Shown here: positions 12,119 through 22,699 of the stretch, piece by piece
Layout: each line of letters starts with the position of its first letter
Position numbering within the stretch: position 1 is the stretch's first letter
Origin: Heptranchias perlo
Lineage: Eukaryota
Direction: 5' to 3'
NCBI RefSeq assembly: GCF_035084215.1
Contig: NC_090353.1
Span: 18,600,001 to 18,664,000, forward strand
DNA length: 64,000 bases
Translations under genes and position numbers: made by a program
The notes under the pieces: model-generated
The model's database searches: none
What the model saw: the letters and a program-made list of their open reading frames with translations, nothing else
What the model was told of the DNA's origin: nothing

Positions 12119-12904
12119 ATATGTTCCTATTTAATTTTTATCTTATCTCTCAATGCATTGGGGATGATTCTGGGTATTGCAGTCATGCAGAGGGAGAACC
12201 TGGGATTTGGTAGCCATGGCAGATGGTATGTGGGGTTTTGGGGTAATGCCTGGGATCTGGCAGTAGTGGGAAGTCAGACTTTTCCAGCAGTGGGGAGGGG
12301 TCACCGGCTCTGTCAATATTACAAGTTGAGGGTCCTAGGAGATAACAATGATGGGATGGATGCTGGGGTCTAGAGTACTGAAGGCTACTCTAGGGTGCAT
12401 CAGAACTGGGTGGGGCGGGGGGGGTTGGTGGAGAGTGGGGATATCCTTCGGGTCTGGTAGCAGTGAGTGATGTCCTGTGGTGTAGTAGCAGTGGATGAAG
12501 GGGGCGGAGAAGAGAGAGTCCCAGGGTCAGGAAGCACTATAGAGATGGTCCCTCAGTCTTGGCACAGTGAATCCCAAAAGCCTGCAGTGCAGGTGGTAGA
12601 GACAGTTCAGAGTCTACGGAGCACTAAGTTTGAGGTGCCAGTGACAAAAATTAAGCATTTTTGTCCATGATGGATTATTTATTGGATTGTTTCTTACTGA
12701 ACACAGGAGACACAGAATTAAAATTGATTACTACTAGTTAATTCTGCAGGCTATAGATCTTACACACCCCAGTCCTGTATACCGTAGATGTCTGAAGGTT
12801 ATTTGTGTGGAAGAAAAGGGGAGTTTATATGCTACTTTCTATTGAGTGCGAACTATTAGTGTAATTCTGTTCAGCAGCTTCCCTGATAGGTGTCTGGAAA
12901 AGTG

Positions 12905-13020
12905 TTCATTTCCAGTTCTGATGAAAGGTCTTCGTCCTGAAACGTTAACTGTTTCTTTCTCCGCGGATGCTGCCTGACCTGCTGAGTGTTTCCAGCATTT
13001 ACTGTTTTTATTTTTAATTT
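12905..13020 (+). mobile_element. Solo Penelope terminal-repeat fragment
   Basis: Near-identical to the 3' terminal repeat of the Penelope element at 39005-39110. Confidence 0.8.
12913..12951 (+). ncRNA. Minimal type I hammerhead ribozyme motif (Penelope-associated)
   Basis: CAGTT-CTGATGA-A-AGGTC TTC GTCCT-GAAAC-GTT-AACTG: intact CUGAUGA/GAAA core, 5-bp stem I, stem II with one mismatch, palindromic AACGTT stem III. Confidence 0.7.
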
Positions 13021-13389
13021 CCTGCAAGTGGGTTGATAAAAGTGGTTTGAATAAATCAATGGTTTTCTCAGGAGTCAAATCCATTCCATTCAATTACAAG
13101 CATCCTGTGGGACTGTATGCAGTAAGTGTTTATATGGCAACTCTATTTATTTGGGCAAATGCAGTTTTCAATGCTGTGACTGCCTGACCATCTAAATGTA
13201 ATTATGAGAAATACCTATTTTTAATTGCCTTTGTTCTCGTCTATCTTCAAAGGAATTTGAAATTATATCTTGGTTGCATTGCAACAAAGTGAGGCCATCA
13301 GATGTGTGATGTTAGTCAGAGGGCACCATGATAGCATATAGCCAAATAAGAAGTAATGACTGTGCTCTACGAGTCAATTTTACATTGAG

Positions 13390-13920
13390 GGCTCATGCAA
13401 GAGAAGCAACAACAACTTGCAGGAAGTTATAGCAGAGATGGGCACAGATTTGGGAGGTGATAATACGTTCAAGGATTTTGGAAGGTTGGAGATGGGATAG
13501 TAATTTGTAAGGACAGAGGTGGGCAATGCCTGAGGATAGGGAACTATTTACAATATCAGCTAGAATGGAGGCCATCAAGGGAAGTTGGGTGATCATTAAT
13601 TTAGTGGGAATGGGGTCAAGAGAGCCAGAGATGGGTCTCATGGATGAGATGAGCTTGGAGAGTATGGGGGGGGGGGTGGGGGGAGACAGAAGAAAAACTT
13701 GAGACACAGGTGTTCATTGCCCTACAGCAAGCATGGGGGGGAGGGGGGGAGAAGTACCTGCTGATCAGCAGGGCAAGGGGGGTGTAACACCAGAGGCAGC
13801 TGAAAGGATAGTCTCTATCTTGGTGACAAAGAAGTCCATGTGCTCCTCGCACTAGTTGATGGGGGGGGGGGGTGTGGAGAGGGTTTTAAGGAGACGGTTG
13901 GTAGTGGAGAAAATGTCCAG
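13390..13920 (-). mobile_element. L2 LINE fragment
   Basis: ORF 13393-13707: LISSMRPISGSLDPIPTKLM...LADIVNSSLSSG...SKILERI, typical pre-RT region of L2 ORF2. Confidence 0.75.
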
Positions 13921-14069
13921 TCATATCTGGTGATGAATTGCTAAGCCAGTTATGCGCCAGGTATGCTCAAGTCTGTGTCTCTTGAACTTAAGGGAGCGAA
14001 GCTGGAGGTCATACCGGAGGAACGACTGGGATGCTCCCACTGGGGCACAAATCTCTCTGTTCTTAGTGA

Positions 14070-14780
14070 CGAATTGAAGGAGCAAGTGCTGGCGTTTGCA
14101 TATGCGCAGTGAAATGCAGAAATCCGGAACTTGCTCCTAGTGGTTCGCCAGCGATATGACAACTTCGAATTATCAGAGAAATCATTGAAAAAGCACCAAA
14201 ACTTGCTTATCTGCCCAGCTGGAAAGTAACTAATTACGCCACCGAACAGGTACGCTTAAAAATACAGGTCTAAACTAAGTTTTAACAACACAGTAAGTCT
14301 TAATGACTGCCAAACAACTAAAAATTAATTTTAAAAAATGTGGAGTCTCATATTACTCCTTATTTTAATAGTTTTTGATCATTAAAAAAAATTAATTAAA
14401 AAATTAAAAATATTTTTTTCAGTTTTCCCTTCTATTTGATTCAATTATTTCTTTGGCTTTTAAAATATTTTTTAAAATTTACAATTACATACAGAATACT
14501 AAACTTTCAATGAATGAAGTCTGCTTGAGCAATGCAGCCTGAATCTGTGGGCGTGACTTCTCTTCCTGACAGATTTTGTGAGCATATCTTCTCTTCTCAC
14601 GCACTTCTCCAGCCCGTGGCAACTCACGCTGCTCAGAGACCGGGTTGATAGCGCACAAGTTTTTAAAATTTCAAATTCAAGCAATTCGACGCCACAGTGC
14701 CCACAGTAAGTAATTTTGTTAATTTAATTCGCAGGAGCGGCGGTGACCGTTGCCTCGTCACTCCGAGCGATTTCTGGTCC
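14070..14780. mobile_element. Second copy of the 11331-12118 MITE, inverted orientation
   Basis: 14070-14320 is the reverse complement of ~11800-12060; ends ...CTCCGAGCGATTTCTGGTCC, matching the reversed left TIR. Confidence 0.78.
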
Positions 14781-15514
14781 TTTGTTATTTTGACATTGAG
14801 AATAGTAAAGCGTGACCTTATTGTAAGTATATTGCTTGTACTGAATACTGTTCATTTACTTGTTCGATAAATGTCTAGTGGTTTATAGCCTTCCAAACCT
14901 TGGGTGTCGCTACATTTACCTAGATACTGGGCAGGTAAAGACACATTGTGATTCATAGGGGACGCAAGGTTGTCTTACAAATCCCAGCATGTGATGCTGA
15001 ACTTGAGGAAATATCTAGTTGAAAACTCAAAAATACAACATGGAATCTGTGCACAGGGGATAGGGCTAGAGTAAAAAGGGGGGAGGGGGCTACTAGGGTG
15101 TGCATCTACCGCAAAGGCAGGGTGTCTCGGGATGTAGTAGCACTGCGAAGGTGGCTCCAGGAGTCTGATAGTACTGGAACAGCCTGGATCTGGGAGCACT
15201 GTGGGGCAGGATTCCTGAGTCTGAAAGCATTGAGAGGTTGGCTCCAGCAACTGGGAAGGGAAAGGTGAGATCTGGTAGCACTGGGAGGGGTGTCCTGAGA
15301 TGTTGCAGGACTGGAAGTGTGGTCTGGCTACATTGGAGGTGGGGGGGGGGGGAATCTAGAGATCTAGCAGCAGTAAGGGGACCTTGAAGTCTGGGACTAA
15401 TTACGGAGGTCCCAAGGATCTCAGGCCTTGTAAGCATTAGGAGGAGGATTCCAAGGTATGAGAGCAGTGTTCCCTACAATCTATGTTTAGCCAACCTCCA
15501 CTACAATGACAGTA

Positions 15515-15625
15515 CTGCCGATGGCTGTCAGCATCACCACATCCTGTAAATACTATATGTGAGGCTCATTCCAAACTGCTACAGGAAACATCAGCAACAC
15601 CAGTTAATCTGCAGTTCTCCGATAT
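15515..15625 (+). pseudogene. Fossil Harbinger transposase, left part (interrupted by CR1)
   Basis: In frame LPMAVSITTSCKYYM*GSFQTATGNISNTS*SAVLRY resembles the LPVAVKVT.ALNF.ASGSFQ...GD...ISQ pattern of HARBI1-like nucleases. Confidence 0.6.
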
Positions 15626-16273
15626 GTGGCCATCCCCCTCTCAAACAGGTATACCGTTTTGGATACTGTTGGGGGTGATGGCTCACCAGGGGAAGGTGGC
15701 AGCGGCCAGGTTCATGGCACCGTGGCTGGCTCTGCTGCACAGGAGGGCAGGAAAAAGAGTGGCAAAGCTATAGTGATAGGGGACTCGATTGTAAGGGGAA
15801 TAGACAGGCGTTTCTGCGGACGCAACCGAGACTCCAGGATGGTATGTTGCCTCCCTGGTGCAAGGGTCAGGGATGTCTCGGAGCGGCTGCAGAACATTCT
15901 GGAGGGGGAGGGTGAACAGCCAGTTGTCGTGGTGCATATAGGTACCAACGATATAGGTAAAAAACAGGATGAGGTCCTACAAGCTGAATTTAGGGAGCTA
16001 GGAGTGAAACTAAAAAGTAGGACCTCAAAGGTAGTAATCTCAGGATTGCTACCAGTGCCACGGGCTAGTCAGAGTAGGAATGACAGGATAGCTAGGATGA
16101 ATACGTGGCTTGAGAGATGGTGCAAGAGGGAGGGATTCAAATTCCTGAGACATTGGAACCGGTTCTGGGGGAGGTGGGACCAGTACAAATTGGACGGTCT
16201 GCATCTGGGCAGGACTGGAACCAATGTCCTAGGGGGAGTGTTTGCCAGTGCTGTTGGGGAGGGTTTCAACTAA
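15626..16273 (+). CDS. CR1 ORF1 C-terminal SGNH/GDSL esterase-like domain
   Basis: IVIGDSIVRG (block I), VVHIGTND (block III), DGLHL (block V); esterase ORF1 is known in CR1 elements. Confidence 0.85.
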   Translation: MAIPLSNRYTVLDTVGGDGSPGEGGSGQVHGTVAGSAAQEGRKKSGKAIVIGDSIVRGIDRRFCGRNRDSRMVCCLPGARVRDVSERLQNILEGEGEQPVVVVHIGTNDIGKKQDEVLQAEFRELGVKLKSRTSKVVISGLLPVPRASQSRNDRIARMNTWLERWCKREGFKFLRHWNRFWGRWDQYKLDGLHLGRTGTNVLGGVFASAVGEGFN

Positions 16274-16447
16274 AGTGGCAGGGGGATGGAAACCAATGCA
16301 GGAAGTCAGTGGGAAGTAAAGTGGTGACAGAAACAAAAGGCAGTAAGGGAGAGTACAAAACATGACCAGACAGATGGTCTGAGAAAGCAGGGCAAAGACC
16401 AAGGGAAGTCTAGATTAAACTGCATTTATTTCAATGCAAGAAGTCTG

Positions 16448-18985
16448 ATGGGCAAGGCAGATGAACTCAGGGCATGGATGGGCACATGGGACTGGGATGT
16501 TATAGCTATTACTGAAACATGGCTAAGGGAGGGGCAGGACTGGCAGCTCAATGTTCCAGGGTACAGATGCTATAGGAAAGATAGAGCAGGAGGTAAGGGA
16601 GGAGGAGGAGTTGCGTTCTTGATTAGGGAGAACATCACAGCAGTAGTGAGAGAGGATATATCCGAGGGTTCGCCCACGGAGTCCATATGGGTAGAACTGA
16701 AAAATAAGAAGGGAGAGATCACGTTGATAGGATTGTACTACAGACCCCCAAATAGTCAATGGGAAATTGAGGAGCAAATATGTAAGGAGATTACAGACAG
16801 CTGCAAGAAAAATAGGGTGGTAATAGTAGGGGACTTTAACTTTCCCAACATTGACTGGGACAGCCATAGCATTAGGGGCTTGGATGGAGAGAAATTTGTT
16901 GAGTGTATTCAGGAGGAATTTCTCATTCAGTATGTGGATGGCCCGACTAGAGAAGGGGCAAAACTTGACCTCCTCTTGGGAAATAAGGAAGGGCAGGTGA
17001 CAGAAGTGTTAGTGAGGGATCACTTTGGGACCAGTGATCATAATTCCATTAGTTTTAGGATAGCTATGGAGAATGATAGGTCTGGTCCAGAAGTTAAAAT
17101 TCTAAATTGGAGAAAGGCCAATTTTGATGGTATTAGACAGGAACTTTCAGAAGTTGATTGGGAGAGTCTGTTGGCAGGCAAAGGGACGTCTGGTAAGTGG
17201 GAGGCCTTCAAAAGTGTGTTAACCTGGGTTCAGGGTAAGCACATTCCTTATAAAGTGAAGGGCAAGGCTGGTAGAAGTAGGGAACCTTGGATGACTCGGG
17301 AGATTGAGGCCCTAGTCAAAAAGGAGGCATATGACATGCATAGGCACTTGGGATCAAGTGGATCCCTTGAAGAGTATAGAGATTGCCGGAGTAGAGTTAA
17401 GAGAGAAATCAGGAGGGCAAAAAGGGGATATGAGATTGCTTTGGCAGATAAGGCAAAGGTGAATCCAAAGAGCTTCTACAAATACATAAAGGGCAAAAGA
17501 GTAACTAGGGAGAGAGTATGGCCACTTAAGGATCAACGAGGTCATCTATGTGCGGAACCACTAGAGATGGGTGAGATCCTAAATGACTATTTCGCATCGG
17601 TATTTACGGTTGAGAAAGGCATGGATGTTAGGGAACTTGGGGAAATAAATAGTGATGTCTTGAGGAGTGTACATATTACAGAGAGGGAGGTGCTGGAAGT
17701 CTTAACGCGCATCAAGGTAGATAAATCTCCGGGGCCTGATGAAATGTATCCCAGGACGTTATGGGAGGTTAGGGAGGAAATTGCGGGTCCCCTAGCAGAG
17801 ATATTTGAATCATCGACAGCTACAGGTGAGGTGCCTGAAGATTGGAGGGTAGCAAATGTTGTGCCTTTGTTTAAGAAGGGCGGCAGGGAAAAGCCTGGGA
17901 ACTACAGACCGGTGAGCCTGACATCTGTAGTGGGTAAGTTGTTAGAGGGTATTCTGAGAGACAGGATCTACGGGCATTTGGAGAGGCAGGGACTGATTAG
18001 GAACAGTCAGCATGGTTTTGTGAGAGGAAAATCATGTCTCACAAATTTGATTGAGTTTTTTGAAGGGGTAACCAAGAAGTTAGATGAGGGCTGTGCAGTC
18101 GACGTGGTCTACATGGACTTTAGCAAAGCCTTTGATAAGGTACCGCATGGTAGGTTGTTACATAAGGTTAGATCTCACGGGATCCAAGGTGAGGTAGCCA
18201 ATTGGATACAAAATTGGATTGACGGCAGAAGACAGTGGGTGGTTGCAGAGGGTTGTTTTTCAAACTGGAGGCCTGTGACCAGCGGTGTGCCTCAGGGATC
18301 GGTGCTGGGTCCGCTGTTATTTGTTATTTATATTAATGATTTGGATGAGAATTTAGGAGGCATGGTTAGTAAGTTTGCAGATGACACCAAGATTGGTGGC
18401 ATTGTGGACAGTGAAGAAGGTTATCTAGGATTGCAACGGGATCTTGATAAATTGGGCCAGTGGGCCGATGAATGGCAGATGGAGTTTAATTTAGATAAAT
18501 GTGAGGTAATGCATTTTGGTAGATCAAATCGGGCCAGGACCTACTCTGTTAATGGTAGGGCGTTGGGGAGAGTTATAGAACAAAGAGATCTGGGAGTACA
18601 GGTTCATAGCTCCTTGAAAGTGGAGTCACAGGTGGATAGGGTCGTGAAGAAGGCATTCAGCATGCTTGGTTTCATTGGTCAGAACATTGAATACAGGAGT
18701 TGGGATGTCTTGTTGAAGTTGTACAAGACATTAGTTAGGCCACACTTGGAATACTGTGTACAGTTCTGGTCACCCTATTATAGAAAGGATATTATTAAAC
18801 TAGAAAGAGTGCAGAAAAGATTTACTAGGATGCTACCGGGACTTGATGGTTTGACTTATAGGGAGAGGTTGGATAGGCTGAGACTTTTTTCCCTGGAGAG
18901 TCGGAGGTTTCGGGGGGATCTTATAGAAGTCTATAAAATAATGAGGGGCATAGATAAGGTAGTCAAAATCTTTTCCCAAAGGTAG
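16448..18985 (+). CDS. CR1 ORF2: apurinic endonuclease + reverse transcriptase (C-terminal frameshift into 19018-19209)
   Basis: AITETWL, YRPP, GDFN, SDH (APE); NYRPVSLTS, DFSKAFDKVPH, GVPQGSVLGP, FADDTK (RT); 845 aa open. Confidence 0.93.
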   Translation: MGKADELRAWMGTWDWDVIAITETWLREGQDWQLNVPGYRCYRKDRAGGKGGGGVAFLIRENITAVVREDISEGSPTESIWVELKNKKGEITLIGLYYRPPNSQWEIEEQICKEITDSCKKNRVVIVGDFNFPNIDWDSHSIRGLDGEKFVECIQEEFLIQYVDGPTREGAKLDLLLGNKEGQVTEVLVRDHFGTSDHNSISFRIAMENDRSGPEVKILNWRKANFDGIRQELSEVDWESLLAGKGTSGKWEAFKSVLTWVQGKHIPYKVKGKAGRSREPWMTREIEALVKKEAYDMHRHLGSSGSLEEYRDCRSRVKREIRRAKRGYEIALADKAKVNPKSFYKYIKGKRVTRERVWPLKDQRGHLCAEPLEMGEILNDYFASVFTVEKGMDVRELGEINSDVLRSVHITEREVLEVLTRIKVDKSPGPDEMYPRTLWEVREEIAGPLAEIFESSTATGEVPEDWRVANVVPLFKKGGREKPGNYRPVSLTSVVGKLLEGILRDRIYGHLERQGLIRNSQHGFVRGKSCLTNLIEFFEGVTKKLDEGCAVDVVYMDFSKAFDKVPHGRLLHKVRSHGIQGEVANWIQNWIDGRRQWVVAEGCFSNWRPVTSGVPQGSVLGPLLFVIYINDLDENLGGMVSKFADDTKIGGIVDSEEGYLGLQRDLDKLGQWADEWQMEFNLDKCEVMHFGRSNRARTYSVNGRALGRVIEQRDLGVQVHSSLKVESQVDRVVKKAFSMLGFIGQNIEYRSWDVLLKLYKTLVRPHLEYCVQFWSPYYRKDIIKLERVQKRFTRMLPGLDGLTYRERLDRLRLFSLESRRFRGDLIEVYKIMRGIDKVVKIFSQR

Positions 18986-19291
18986 GGGAGTCTATAACGA
19001 GGGGACATAGATTTAAGGTGAGAGGGGAGAGATACAAAAGGGTCCAGAGGGGCAATTTTTTCACTCAAAGGGTGGTGAGTGTCTGGAACGAGCTGCCAGA
19101 GGCAGTAGTAGAGGCGGGTACAATTTTGTCTTTTAAAAAGCATTTGGACAGTTACATGGGTAAGGTGGGTATAGAGGGATATGGGCCAAGTGCAGGCAAT
19201 TGGGACTAGCTTAGTGGTATAAACTGGGCGACATGGACATGTTGGGCCAAAGGGCCTGTTTCCATGTTGTAAACTTCTATGATTCTATGAT

Positions 19292-19490
19292 ATCAAGCTG
19301 CTGATTGATGTGCTGTTCACCAGGGCAAACAATTGCACCCTTTTCCCCATGAGCAACCAGCAGCGGTGCAATTCTTTCACGTGATAGATTTCCAAAAGTC
19401 CAAGGCATCATCGCTAACAGCAGACTTGATAGATCCCTGCGCATAATCCCATCACTTTGATATACTGCAAGGGTTTTACTCTATCAACCC
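19292..19490 (+). pseudogene. Fossil Harbinger transposase, right part
   Basis: IKLLIDVLFTRANNCTLFP...FPKVQGII...GFYSIN continues the motif order of 15515-15625 (GFP.V.G.ID and KG..S.N motifs). Confidence 0.6.
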
Positions 19491-22149
19491 ACCAACCACA
19501 GGATGATACAAGTGAATGCCTCCTCCTTGTGTAGCAGTCATGGCACCTTCATTTTAAGGCAATCTACTGTTTTAGGATGATTTGGCACAGAAGGAAGAGT
19601 AGAAGGCTGCCACATAGGACACCTGGACTAATCTCTGTCACACCTGTCTCCTGCTACCTCTGAAACAGCAGCAAAGCACAGATAAAATGAGGCTCTGTCA
19701 CAATTAGGATAATTGGCTAATTGACTTAGGAGGGATTTTTGTTCTGAACTACATTTGTAATATGAGCTCAGATTTGGGACTTTAAGGGTTAGTTCACAAA
19801 GACACAGCCTCTTTCCAGTTGCCCTTAACAGAGGAATAGGCTGGAGCCCCCTTGACAAAGAGGGATGTAATTTAAATTAAAATGTTTGTTTTCAAGCGGT
19901 TAGATTCTCAGGGCTGCCACAGATCAAACATCTGTCCAGATGCCCTCAACTTGTTAAAAAACTTCCCATGAAATAGTCACACCTTCAGCAGTAGAATACT
20001 TCATCCTTAGGGGCTTTGCAGGAACTAGTTCCAAGGGGGCCCACACCAGGGGATGGGCAGTAGCTGGTTTAACTGACTACCCTATTGGCCAACCGCTTGA
20101 CAGGGAGGGGCTAGAGGCCAAGCCCCCAAATTTCTTGTGGACACAAGGAATGAAAGGAGATTGAAACACTTGTTCAAGGAAGAGTTCCAAAAAAGGTTAC
20201 GAGAGGTAGGTTAGGGCTAGGCCAGGAATTAAATCCGATCAGATTACAGTGGGGGCTCACCACAAATAAAACAAAAGAAAATAAGTGTCTTTCGTCCATA
20301 CTTCAGGATAACGGTATGCTTTCATGTTTTGTATCTTACAGGAAGTGTTATAGAAGTAGTTAAAAAAAAAATCCGGATTTACTAGTCTATTCAATCACAT
20401 AGAATGTGCAGCACAGAAACAGATAATTCGGCCCAACTGGTCCGTGCCAGTGTTTATGCTCCACATGAGCCTCCTCCAACACTACTTCATCTAACCCTAT
20501 CAACAGATCCTTCTACATCCGTATTCTGTAAAATAAACCAGCTTTATTGATTTTAGGTTAACTTTGTTTCACCAAAGTATCAGTTCCACCTTTTGGAAGA
20601 TTGAAAAAGCACAAAAGGATTGCAATATTCAGTTTGTATAACAAGAGGATCTAATTTTTACACCCCAGGTTAAACTCTTGATCAAGAGGGAGGCAGATAT
20701 AAGGCAGACCGAAAAATCTGTAATAGGCCCATAAAGCCACCAGAATCATTATCAAACACATTTTTGGCATTTTATTATAGTGCATCAGATTCTGGACAGA
20801 TCAAGGGGCACCTCTATATAACTCCACTGGGCGATCCAATATGTTTCACAAGTTTGCTATACAAGCATAAGCATAAAGCAGGTGAAAGAAGAGACACCCA
20901 TACACAGACAAGTGCTAAGCAAGATAAAAACATTGGGCCAGAAGAGATTCCCACTGAACTACCTTAGCAGGCAGCAAGAGCCATATGGCAGGCTTTCATT
21001 GACCAAGCCTTCACCTAAGTGCCCAATGCATTAACAGTCCTCCACTTGTGCAGAATACAGTCACCAAATGTACCCTCACCAATATTGCCTCTGCACTAAC
21101 TGGCCTGCAATGGATCATTTTATCTGTTACAATCTTATTCTATATTAACCCAAGAAAACACTGGCTACAGTTGATATAAAATGCAAATTTAATACTGTCA
21201 CCTGTTATTGGCCTGATGCTTTCCACTTGGTTACAGTATTTGTCATGTGCATTCTAGAACCTATCCTACTGCTGCTTCTAGGTGTTGTCCCAGTGACAGG
21301 AATAAGTGAGGTGGCTTGCAGATGAGTGCAAGTCTTTTGGGATTGAGGTGGCCCTATCACCTTTTTATGTGCTAAGTCCTGCACGCAGAGTAGTGCAGAG
21401 ATGTTGAAAGTTTGAGAAGCAAATGGACCAGTGACAGGTAAGTAATCACCCTGTATTGCAGCTTGTGTGCAAGTAAACAAACATGATTCAGGTTAGTTTT
21501 GATAGGCTTGCTTTTTTGGGGCATTTTTTCAATTCATAACAAGGTGGAAACAAACTTAGCTGCCTGCATAATTTGCCCACTTACTTGATACAGTGCAATG
21601 CTGGCTAGCCTTACCTGAGCAGACTTCCTCATCTGCTTCCAGGTCCTCTGAATGTTGGAGATTTAAACTTACCCTGACAACCATATCCTGCTACGCAGTT
21701 AGCATATTTCTTATGAGAGGAGAATGCCTTGTGAAGTCAAAGGCAGTAACCCTTCTTTGCTACACTTTTTCTAACTGGACTTCCTAGCATTCAAAGAATG
21801 GGGTTGATATGCTCTGCCTGCTTATTTCTCCTTCTATGCCCAGCACCATGAGTCTACCCTTTAAATAGCAACTGCAGCTTTAAGTGTTGCAGATGCATAC
21901 TATCCTGCCTTCTTCCCACTCAGTGAGCTGTGCAAGCAGACTCAGTCCTGTCTTGGAGTTTGTCGTGAATATGTAATGAGTCCAATCTCAGGAATCCCTT
22001 GATTCAACATTACCAGTGGTCTGCCTAAGGCAGGTTCTAGCTCAATTCTCCCTTGTCCAAACCACTCTGTCTTGAGATTCTCTATTCAAATCTCCATACG
22101 ATCCCTCATTCTTTGGGTGGTCCAGAAGTAGCCGACTTTTCCTCCCTCA

Positions 22150-22680
22150 GTCTTTTTCCTTCCATTACCTCTTGCAATGTCCCATCCCCTCTCAGCACGT
22201 GCCCAATTCATTTGCCTTTTTCTGATCTCATACTACATTTTTCTTAGATCATTGCCAACACCTCATTACTTTTTTTTAACTATCCACTTTACTTTCTCCA
22301 TGCCTCTCCAAAGCCACATCGCAAAGCTCTCTAGAATTACGTCCATGTTTCAGCACCACCCCATATCAAACTCTTCACTAATCTTCTCTTCAGTTCTCTA
22401 TTCATTTGTCCAGTCACTATCCTTCTATTTAAAGCAATTTTTCCTATTGTAATCCTATCTCTCACCTCCTTGTCACATCTGCCAACTTCAGTCATTATAC
22501 TTCCCAGATATTTAAATTGATCCAACTGTCCCATTCTTCATTCCATAATCCATTACTGCAGCATACAGGCCATCTAACAACAACTGTAGTCCAGTCATGG
22601 TACTTGCTAGAAGGCTTTGTCATCAGAAAATCTGACAGCTTTCACTAGCTGACCTCCAACTTTCACTCCTACCTCTACTT
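22150..22680 (-). mobile_element. RTE-clade LINE fragment
   Basis: ORF 22337-22534: FKYLGSIMTEVGRCDKEVRDRI...LVKSLIW.GAETWT, RTE-type post-RT motifs. Confidence 0.7.
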
Positions 22681-22699
22681 ACTATATACATATAAATTA

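Larger units (their letters stand above)
15626..19290 (+). mobile_element. Near-complete CR1 LINE (5'-truncated within ORF1)
   Basis: ORF1 esterase domain, ORF2 APE + RT, 3' terminus (TTCTATGA)2 typical of CR1; possible short TSD (G)ATAT. Confidence 0.95.

Noticed and set aside
15626-16273. Stand-alone host or bacterial GDSL esterase gene
   Set aside because: It sits directly upstream of CR1 ORF2 and matches the known CR1 ORF1 esterase domain
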